A DNA stretch of 64,000 bases from Tubiluchus corallicola (lineage: Eukaryota > Animalia > Priapulida). Within the stretch, counting starts at the first letter, position 1. The number at the start of each line of letters is the position of its first letter. The translations under genes and the position numbers were made by a program. The stretch lies in the NCBI GenBank assembly GCA_030141605.1, contig JAQGDQ010000124.1:1-64000 (forward strand), given 5' to 3'. A model generated the notes under the pieces. The model saw nothing but the letters and a program-made list of their open reading frames with translations, was not told where the DNA came from and searched no databases. This document shows positions 16,201 to 28,200 of this stretch, one piece after another.

Positions 16201-19200
16201 TATAAAATAGCTTATTTTATGGATTTTTGAAATTTTATTTTATGGATATCAATAAAATAAGAAATAGACTATATCTGGAACGAGATGCCCAGGGGGAAAT
16301 CAATTAAAAAGTAAAAACAGGAGTGCTTGAAACGTGTTTTTAAACATGCAGGACTTAGTTTTAATTTTATCGGTTTCATATCACTTCAAATTTAATCAAA
16401 TTTTACGAGACAATGCCTTGTAATTCATCACTTCAGTTCAAATAATTCATTTATTTGGTACGAATGTAGAATGCCCTCTAGGCTGAAGTTTCCGATCCAA
16501 TGCCTGTATTCAGTTTTGATTGCCTTATTTTGTACAAAAAATCACAAAAAAAATATTTTTTTATTTTATGCATTTCTTATTTTATGGATTTTTCAAATTT
16601 TATTTTATGGATTTTTGGTCTTATTTTATGGATATCAATAATCTAATGCAGCCTGCCTATAAGCCAACAAGTTCAACAGCTTAAATTCTGCTAATTAGTA
16701 TAATGATAAATACAACAGAATGCATCATCAAGGCTAACTAAGAACAATAGAGTCCCCTTAGAGATGCCAGCAAGAACATGAAAAAAATGAATGGCTAGCT
16801 TTTAAGTTAGCTTGGTATAATCTTAGTTATTGGGGCACCACGCAATCCATCAAAAGAGTAAACAGCTGCTTGCCTGAAGACAAGTGGATTTTTTTCAACA
16901 GCGCTCACTCATTGCTTAACATGCATAACCATTTCCAAATAAAAGAAAAACATTTAAAACTGAAACTCACTTAGCTTCTATGGTTCCCATGACATCAAAT
17001 TCACTCCCAGAATAATACGGTGGTAGTGTGACTATAACTTCATACTTTGGCAAATCTGGCAAAAATATGAAAGACAAACAACAAAATCCAGATTTTTGCA
17101 CTAGTTTACTTTGCAAATGACACAATGAGATGAGGTGAAGAAATGTGAAAACTGGTTAGTGAACAAATGGGCATCCAAGGGTTTAACCCATTTACTACTG
17201 AAGGCAGCACACTGCCATCTATGTTTCTCAAGCAAGGGACGGAAGGCGGAAGACTGTCGCCCAAGCTCAGCACTAAGCGCAGTCACCCAGGTCCATTTAT
17301 TTCACTGCTACAGCCATGCAAAACATTGTAGAAAAGTTTAACAGCCGTGGGATTGACATTGCTTCGCAACAAGTAACGCTAAACAGCCAATCAGCGTCTG
17401 AAGCCAGTTGCATTCCACAATACTGTACTGTATGGCATGTTCCCATGCAAAATCACTTGTAGATCGTTGATGAAACGTGTGCTTACTTACTTCTTCTACA
17501 TTTTTTAAAAAATGATTGTATATTATGGATTAGTATTGTGTCTTTTGTGAACTGGTTTCTAAATATAAGTACATGCTTATGACGGTGTGCATGTGTGTGA
17601 GTGCATGTATGTGTGCTTGTATGTGCGTGCATGTATAGAAATAAAACTAATATTTAATATTAGTACGCAATAACGAACAACTATTTGCTTATTTACAAGA
17701 TTCTGTTTTAGTAACACACCACAAGAAGTTACTGTCAAAAGTGCAAAGTTAATGTGGCCCTGTTAAAAAGCAACTACGTAGCGAAAGGGTTAATAGTCAT
17801 TCTGGACAGCTTCACTTGCCACTGATTCAGGCTTGTCTTGTTGAGAGAGAATGCATTCACCTCCTGTTAGAGATATACCGTTAATAATGAGCAGACTACG
17901 CTCCAGCCACAACCATATACAGGTTGTGTTGGATCCCAGCTTGCAGAATGCTGTAGTACAATTCATGAAAAAATACGAAAGCTTGTTTTATTATCTAAAT
18001 AAATACAGTGTTCCCTCACTAATCGTGGGTGTTGCGTTCCAGGCCCACCCGCGATAAGTGAATTTCCGCGAAGTAGGCACGCTATACTTATTTTACATTA
18101 TTACTTATTATACATTATTTTAAGTGTTTATAAACCCTCCCCACACTCTTACACATAACCCTTTCCCATTCCCTTAATAACTTTACCCATGCTGTACATG
18201 TACCTATTAAAAAACTTTACTTAAATGTTCATAAATCAACCAATAATTCCATCAATCAACCAATCGTGTGTTGTGTACAATCTCAAGTAGCATCTCAAGC
18301 GGGCGCAAGTACTACATTTCGTTTTTGGTGTGTATTCATCTGCCAGAAAAATACACTACATACTGTAAATGGTAATTTTTTATGATTTATAATATTATTT
18401 TAATGTTAGAATTAATATTTTTAATATTTTTATACATTTTGTGATTTTTTTATGCAAAATTCATCAAATCCATACATTACTGTACAATACGTACTATGCC
18501 TGTGCAAAAATACTTTAGATGGAGTACAGCAAAAACCCGCGAAACAGCGAGTCCGCAATAAATGAACCACAAAGTAGCGAGGGAACACTGTATATGAATC
18601 ATAATCACTATTGCTTCTGCTAGCTAAAAGTTATCCATAAATTTGTTTTGTTTCTTTTTTACAAAACATGTTGATTGTTAGTGAACAACATCTTGTTTGA
18701 ACACACAGAACTTTATTGCAATATTTTTCTACCTAAAGAAAAAGCCATCTATTCAAACATTTCCAGTGGTTAGTTCATCATGGGAACTGAAATGAGCTAC
18801 AGATAACTGTCTAACAAAGCGACAACAGCCGAGGCCTCTCAAGTGTAACTCTGGCACAAGCAAAACACTAAAATATCATCCCGAGATTGTGATTTCTTAT
18901 TTGGTTTCCCGTACTCCTCTGTTGTTGCTTTTCATTGCAGGTTTTCCATTTTCTAAAGTTTAGCTGTTATTCTCTCAGTTGTATAACTAATTTCAGACGA
19001 CATTTTAGTTATTGAAACTCTATTGCTCGTATCAACTGTCTTTTAGCATATGAAGTTTATTTTTATTCTTTACATCTGTTCTTTTATTTAGTTCCAATGC
19101 AAGCTCAACCTCCTACTATGTTTTCACTTAGCAAAAAAATTTTGCCATTGCAATAAAATAAAATTTATTTATACCCACTGAATAAATTCAAGTTGATCAA

Positions 19201-22200
19201 CCCAAGCGAATTTGCAAACTGGGAACTGACATACAAAATGAATGAGCAAACGTCAAGTACACAAAGTTTCAGTTACTCACCATAGTCACCTACAGTAAAT
19301 TCTTTAAATTGCAACTTTTCCTAAGAAAAAACAAGCAATGTTACTAAAATGTGAAAATAGAGTATTTACACAGCATAATAAGCAATGCTTGTTTGTTATA
19401 TTTTTGCACTCAACGTGAGTTTTTTTGTGAAACATTTATGGCCACTACTTCCCCAAACCGTGCATGTAGCCACAACTTTCCCTAACCTACGAAAGTTTAA
19501 ATTTGGCACCATTCCTGAGCAAGATGCGTTGGTAAAGTGTCACTTGACGTCATGACATTTATATGACAGTAGTAAAAGCTTTGTTTGGTGTCAGAATCAG
19601 AGCAACAAATCATCTCTATTTGGTAGAAACTCTCCTTCAGATGGTCAAAGGACTTATTGGGAATGAGTAGTAACAGTATTTTAGCTATATTTTTTAGGAT
19701 TAGATGACAATCCGTATATGTTTGCATACAATCTGCATATGGCTTCAGGTAAACATGTGCTAGGTATCTGAGGACATTATTGGCATCGGAAGGCGATATT
19801 CTAAAAGACGATTTAAACAGTCCAAAATATGGAGTTCAGCAACCAGAAAAGTTAAAATTTGTAATTTACCGGGAATCTGATCGAACTTTGTCGATATCGG
19901 ACATATTTGACTTCTGAAAGGTTAATGTTTCATTGCTCTACTTTTTTGGCCATAAGGTTGCAATAGACACTGGCAGCTCGGCACATGTCAAGGAAAAGTG
20001 CAAGCTCGTGTACAAATACTGTGCTTTTGTAAATAAGAATAGAAAATTGCCATTCATTTTGAAAAAAAGGAAGTTGCGGTGTTTGGGCTTGTGGCTTCTC
20101 TATTAAATGGATGTGAGACATGGCTGTCTGGTAATTATAGAGAAATTTCATATATTTAATATTTCAAATGTCTATAGTCAAACTGTTAATCGAAGTTTGT
20201 ACACAAACACCCAATGAGTTGTGTCTTAATGAAGCAGACATGTCATCCTGTCGGGATAGAATAAAAAATGTTCAGAAAAAATGGTTTGCTAAAGCCAATT
20301 CACAGCCTCCATTTAGGTTTGCACTCAATTTGTGTCGCCGAGCTAGGACACCTATATCAAGATCTGCTGACACCTTATTAGCAAATGACAATTAAAATTT
20401 AATTAATCAAGATTTCAGTGATGTTCGGGCTTGTAAGAAATCAGCAGTGCACTAGATATACCCAGTATGTGCGTTTTAACCCACATATGAAACAGCCACA
20501 AATATACCACGACATTGATCCTCCTGAATCTGCCCGCATTATTAACTCTCATTTGTTACAGTCTTCGCACAGCTTGAAGGTAGAAACAGGAAGGTGGTCG
20601 AGAATTCTACGAGAGAGGACATGTCAGTGTGGACTTGGTACTCAAGACAAAAACCATGTGCTTTTCGTGTGCCCCCTATCTGCTAGTAAAGTAAACTGTA
20701 TTCGCCAATATTATTGTACTATACTGGAGCTAATTTTTGATGCAGAGCCTAGGCTGCTCCACTTAAAATCGGTTTGCTGCGAAATTCATGAAATGTTAAA
20801 AGTGTTTGAAAATTCCTAACACTATAATCATGGCTCATTTTGTTATTTCTACCTTTTTTCTCAGCTTGAGTCAAAATATAGCATTATTTATTTTTTGCAT
20901 ATATTATTAAGAGTAAAGCTGTTCATCGTCTTTCTACAGCAGATGTAACAATTGCAAAAGTATGTTATATATTATGTTATTTAGTGCACTTCGTATACTT
21001 TGATAAACAAACATGTATTATGTGTATATATATATAAAAGAAATCCTTGTGTTTTAAATGGGCTGGTACAGATGGATATATCGTTTTACATGTGAACAGA
21101 TATGCTCAAAATGTGAGACTGAATTTTCGCGTAGATTTTTTTAATTGACAATCATTTTTCAAATGTGAAGCAAAACCCGGTATGTCAGTCTGTAACAGGA
21201 GCATTAAATATTTATGATAATAGCATCTGAGATTGCGAATTACAAATATGTTACCAATAGTGACTGTTTTTGTTCATAGAAGTGACTGTGCGGAAAATGC
21301 AAGTGAAGTGGAAAGACTGGTTTTTACAAGAAAAAGAAGAAGAAACAGAATAGTCCCCTCCCTTATGGAGCATAGGGATAGATGATTGCAGCACCTATTT
21401 ACGGAGGCTTGTCACCTAAGAGCAGCCGGTCATTTAGCCGCCTTTCTTTTTCCAGTGCATGACCAGGTATTTAGTTAAGACTGAGCAGACCTAGGAAACA
21501 AACCAGATTGAAGGTCCTGTTCAAGCAAAACAAGTCTCTTAAAATGCTGTGAGTTGGATTCAAACCCAGAATCTCTAAACTGGCAATGAACTGACAGAGT
21601 TACCAAGCCTTTGCACTTAGAAGAAAACAGCCAAGTAACTATATTAAGTCAAGAAACAAACTAAAAAATAACTTACTACATCCGCTTCTATCATCCACAC
21701 TCCCAAAACTGGCCGATAGGCGAGCTCCATCTCAAATGTAGTAACACCTCGTTCCAAAGAATGATTTCTCCACTGCTTAATCTGGTTCTTCTTAGGATCC
21801 TGAAAAAAATCAACTGTCAAGCGACTACAATAGCACCAACTTCGACAGAATGGCACATATATCAGCATTTAATTTTCATTTTAGAGCATTATAGGTCTAA
21901 TGTTTTTCAACATGAGTCACTCATAACCTTCCGAAACACAGGATGTCCTTCTGGGTAAAAAGGTCAGGCTCAAAAAGTTAATGGAACAAAGGAAAAAAGT
22001 ATAGTGAATAAGGAGAAAAAATCTGAATCAACAGACATTTAGTGCAGAAATAGTGCAGAAACGGAAAACAGAAACATCGGTTATTAGCTTTCTGTGGAAA
22101 AGGACTGGCTCAAATGCTAAATGTTATTGAAACAAGAGAAAAAAGTACAGTTAATTTAATATAAATTAATTTATTTCAAATTAACATGACCAATAAAAAC

Positions 22201-25200
22201 AATTTAAATATAACGATAAACTCGACAAAACCGAGAAAATCTTTTTCGAGAAAATCGCTCACTAATTTGATTTCTAATTTTCTATGGAGCTAACTGACTA
22301 ACAATGTTCATCTTATTGTTAACTCTTAACCAGTAAATGAACATTTTTCTTAATTTACATTTGAATCTAACTTAGTTTCCTTCTGCCGTCATGCTCAATA
22401 TAACATAACATGACATAATGTAACATAACATAACATAACATAATTTTATGAAATGTTAATAAACAAGTCGGTAACTCACCAAAATGACGACATTAACTCG
22501 ACGAGCCACGGGTAAAAGTTTAAAATTCACAGCAACGATGCGAAACTTCACTGAAAAAAGCAGTGGAACAGCAAAAGGAACATTAACTGCAGCTTATCAT
22601 GTAACAAACATCACAACGTACGGTACTTCACATAACCTCACAAACCTAACGACTTCAGATCATTTCTACAGTACAGAATACAGCATGGCATCAATGGAAG
22701 TGATCACAATAATCAGCAATTAATTAGCATTTTGTTGACACACTGGACAGTTTAAAAACATAAAAAGGGCTCCCTCTCTCTACAAGATCTCTCATCATTA
22801 ACATCTTAGCCTAACTCTAAATTTAAATAGCAGCACTAACTTTTTATAGTATCGCATTGCAAAATGCTACGCAATTTTTGCCAAGTGCTACACAACTTTA
22901 GTTTTCATTGCAGTTATTGCTCATCAATTTTTATGGAGTTACTTCTGTAAAAAACGTCACAGTTTAAACTTAAGCGCTCGCTCTAAAGTATTACTGTTTT
23001 GAATTTATTTAAGTATAAACTAAAACTATCATCGAGCAAACTGTATGATAACGTAATGTACTTCGTGTGTAAGAATCACTAACTTAGGGGCTCAAAAAGA
23101 GTAGCTGAGGAAAGTAACTAGGTACCAAACTTAAATCAAGTGCAGTATTGGACAATTCTGATAACATTTTTGGTAACGAAGCCTTGTTATTATTAACAAT
23201 TTGATCTGATTGCTTGCATTCATATATATATATATATATATATATATTTAGATTTAGATTTTAGATATATTTATTCATCCATTTAGCACAATATAAATAA
23301 TACAAGTTAGACTATTCCAAGTAGTGCTATGAGCGTAGCAGAAGAATTTAACTCGTGAGCTATGCTCAACATGGATAAGACTTAATTAATAACATAACAA
23401 TAAAAAAAACAAATGGAGCAAAGCAAACGGACGTGAGAAGACGATAATAACGATATACATACATACACAACACACAAGCAATACAACAAAACAACACACA
23501 TATAACTTTATGATGGTATATAATGTATATAGTCAAGATTGACTCCAAAATGTGCCGTTTTTGTTTTTATAATAGTTTAAAAATGCTACGCAGATTGTGA
23601 AGTTGCTATGCAATTCTAAATCTGCATAGCACTTGCTACTATGCAAACTGTCCAGTATAACTTCAGCCTTGGAATGTAAACTGTAATGACAAAACATTTT
23701 TATAGATCATCTAAACTCACTAACCCCACCAGTTCACACAATCTTCAAAGTAAACTTTCTCTGCAAATTTGTGTCTGTTCTATAGTAAGCACAGTTAGCA
23801 ACACAGTTCCACTGTATATAATACATTGTTATGCCTACAATATTGTAAAAATTAATAACCATGCATTTTTTCTATAGGCCTACAAAGTTAAAATTACATT
23901 TATAAACTTCATTGAACATCTTCTACAAAATTTGCACGTATCACTGCTTAAAAATTAATATTTACGTCCAGATAGAACCATTGACATCTTTTCTTTTAAC
24001 AGCAGTACTTTTTAACAATAAGTATTTTGTAACACAGTCAAATTTCTAATAAGGTGTAATAGTAATTAATAATTACAATTGCTATGTCCCAGTACCATTG
24101 TGCTAAGTGCAACACTCTATAAACTAATCTGCATCATTGCTTATGTTATTGTGCACGGTTTTTACTGTATAAGAAAAGTATGATCGGATTGAATAAAAAT
24201 AAGTTTCAGTTACAAAAAACTATAAGATAACACGCGATGCAGCTTTCATAGCTAGTTGGACAGACCAAATAGTTTAAGATAGTTTTTAATTTATCAATAA
24301 ATGAAAAAATAATCACCTTTATCTCCAGGCTTATAAATGGCTTTATCAGTTTGTATAAACACAGAATGTTCTTTGTCGTTAAATGCAAGCAGGCATTCAT
24401 TACTAAAGTTCATGGAAGGACTACTACCTCCCACTCGCAGAAAATAATCGCCAAATGTCAGCTGTTGTATCTGTTGTAGCTGCAGTGACATCAAAACTGT
24501 ATTCCCTGTAATGGGCAACAAAGTCAATGAAATACAATGTGCTTGTTAAAGGAAAAGACAACAATCACATGCAGTTCAACTTGTTTTAATGTTAAAAAAT
24601 ATCTAAAACTTTCAGCAATAAAAATGCGCCTTGTGTAATTACTTTAAAGTCGCAATCATTTCATGCCCGGATACACTCATTTTTGGATTATGTTTAGGCC
24701 TTAATTCTAGTACTCTTAACTAAAGTGTTGTTTATGTAGCACGTAGATGAGAGTGCATTTTGAGGGTGCGGAATAGATAACACCAGTTTATATTGTTTTT
24801 AATGCACCTGTTTATGCAGCCTGTGTATACGTTATTCTTTTTCTGCAGCTATTTCCTATTCCACAGGCTGTTTCGCAGGAGGCAAAGGCATTCGCATCTG
24901 TAAACGATACTTTAACCTCTAGAAATTTAGTACTATTATGGTGGCTGTTAATAGCCTTATGATAGTTGGCTGGGCTAAAAATAATAACATTTAGGTGAAC
25001 GGTCATTATATTCATTTGCCAGGTCGCCTTAACAGTACTAACACTGTCTGGGGGAAAAGGAAACTTGTTCACCATGTTCAGTAAATTTGTATGACATCGT
25101 CAGTACAAACCAGTACAATTCAATATAAGCAGTGCAATTGGGTAATCATGCCGTAATTTGAAATTTTGCTGATTTTATAAAATTGATTCTGTAAACAAAC

Positions 25201-28200
25201 ATGACATGGCTCAAGCATGTTGAAAACCTCTCTATGTTTTGCTGTCTTGTTGACTTGTCTTGCAAACTGGCCAGACGCATTTTTCTCGTCTCTCGCAAGT
25301 GCAGGCTAAACAAAGCTGGGTCTGGCTTATACTGTATTAAAGTAGTCACTAATTTATGACAATGCTTTGAGGTTAACTGTGAATGCCTTGGTCAAGATGG
25401 GTACAAATTATTGAAGTGTGTTTATCATATATATATTAAGGTGGTATAGACATATATATATATATATAACATACGAGGCTACAGCTCTAACGACAGCACC
25501 ATTTTCGGCGATGTATACATTAAACGAAAGGTCCGGACCCACAGATTTGTCATTGGGGGTTTATTTTTCGAATCGGGGCCACCGAGAGGAGCGGGTGGCA
25601 AAAAACCTTCAAAAACTGCCATTTTTCGGCCATTTTTTGCAAAACTTATATCTCTTATTTTTGGAGGATGGGAATGTGCCTGGCATGGTGCCAGTAATGG
25701 TTAAATAGCCCGTTCAATGGTGGGTGTTATAGTCATATTTAGAATTCGGGGGAAGGGTGCGGCGTCATATGACGGGCGTTTTCCCGGACCCAACCAAATA
25801 TTTACTAAAAACTGCTAAAACAGCCTCTAGGAAAACTCAATTTGTACAACTGCTTGGGCACGCTGGGAAAAAATAAGCACACTAGCAGAAAAAAGGCGAA
25901 ATGGACTACAAAATGTTGAAGGTTTTGTTGGGAGAGATGTATACTGGACGAAACGGGAGAGGTGTATTTCGAAGTTCCTTTTTCTAGCCCCTGTGCTGCA
26001 TGCTATTTGGAACATCCTTTGTCTTTGAGTTTGAGAAATTTTGTGGCTGTTCCAGATATTGTCTTCACCCGCCATTCTACAGTGGTATAGATTGCACATA
26101 CAAGCAAGTTCTGTTAGCTTAGTTTTACAGAAACTTAGAAGTGGGTGACTACGTACTAGTGTCTGAGCCCAACCCCCTTTGAGGTTCTTGGATCAAGGCC
26201 AGAATAACCCAGACCTACCCCGGACATGATGGGCAAGTTCGTAATGTCCGTGTCCAAAATTCCAGTGGAATGGAGTATGATTGGCCAGTAACAAAAATTG
26301 TGTGCTTTCTTCCCATAGAAGAACAATGGCCTAGCTACATTTAAAGGAGCACCATTTGGGCAGGGGAGAGTAGTCTAGCCAGCATTTGGATTTGCTCACA
26401 TACCTGGCTTCAAACCGGTTTCTGCCAGCAGTCTTTTAACACACTATTTGACAGGCGTCTACATGTGAACCAGTCTTCCTGTTACTTTTCTGTTAGACAT
26501 GATTATGCAAAATTTCTTATAACTTCTGATATTGTAATGAAACGTTGTGCTCATTCGTGAAATCATAGATGTCACAAAGTGTAAGTTAACATAATTTTTA
26601 TTCTAATCTTACATGGTTAAACTGTTTGAACTTTTGGTAATATCTGTAAGAACTGGTTATCTTTGTAGCTAAATGTCTATCCTGTCTGTCACAGATCCGA
26701 ATAAAGCCTTACTTGTAGCAAAAGCCTGTCGCTAATAAACTGCATGACTGCATTGCCTTATACGGAGCTTTGAGACTTTGTTATATTATCTTAAAATATT
26801 GAGCACATCAATACTTACAAGTTAATTTGAAATGGGATACACAAATATTTTACATAATTAAACAGGCCTACGCATTTTGATCAATCGTATGTTTTGAGCT
26901 ACTGAAAAAAATATTATTTGTAATTCCTCGTAAAATCCTAGAACATCTCTATAAATCCATGGTGTACCATTATAGAATATGCAGATACAGTCTGGTGTAA
27001 CAACCTCAAACTTTATCTGAAAACTTTGCCGCTTACATCAGCTCCAAAGCCATGAAAGGCTCAAGCTCTGATAACCTATTGTTTGAAATTGGCTTCGACC
27101 ACTTGTATAAAAGGCGTTCATTTCATCGGTTAAGCACCTTTCATAAAATTGTAAATCACATTTCTCCTCCTTTTTATTTGAGTTACTACTGCCAACCAAT
27201 AGAGGTGTATCTGCATGTTTGTTGAGAAACCGTATATCAAGTTTATCTTTATATCAAGTTTGATGCAATTACGTGCAGTCATCTTTCTTCCCTGCAACCA
27301 TGCTTGACTGTAATAATGTACCCTCTTATTTAAAGTCAATGCCTACCCTCAGTGCTTTTTCTAAGATATTAAAATCTCAATTTTTTCACGAGACCAACTT
27401 ATTATTCGCATGGTACTAGAGTAGACCATATAGCATTCATTACACGTATGAGACTGGGATTCTCTCAATTTAACTATGATCTTAACAGACACAGTTGCAA
27501 GGATGCCACTGGTAATATTGTCAGTCCTAATTGTATGTGTGGCTATCATTGAAAATGTTAAGAACTATATGTTGGAATGTCCATTACACGCCGAGAGCAG
27601 GCAAGCACCAGAGGGAATTTATCTAACCTGTATAATTCAAACTTTCTCCCAGTTAATACTAGTGAATTAAACATTGAAACTAAAATCCACACTTTATTAA
27701 CATTTTGACATAACTCGCTTTTTTCAATCTTCACCAAAATAAAACTATTTTTGATTTAACATTTCACATTTTGACATTTTAACAATTCAACATTTTGCAT
27801 TGTACTTGATGTACTGTCACTCCTAAAATATAGGCGTCTATATCTAATTATAAATGCCTCAACTTTGTATTAGAGTACTTACCAATTCCTAAGGTATGTT
27901 AATCAGTTTTGTTCTGCATACCAAACGTGATGGAAAATAAATGTTTATAAAAAAAACCTCTCTAAATCGAAACATGGCAGTACCAATTAGACTTAAATTA
28001 AGAATAAAAAATATCTACTTTAGGTAATACTTTCTTTCAGTTGAATACGCAAAAATTAGATAAATCACAAAAACAGTTGTTAGAATGATCATAATTGTTT
28101 TTTAGTTAAGAAATAAGTCGTTTGTAAAGCTGCCTGCAAAACTTAGAACATGCTAACTGCCCATCTAAATTCAGGATTTATAATTAGTTACTAACTACTC

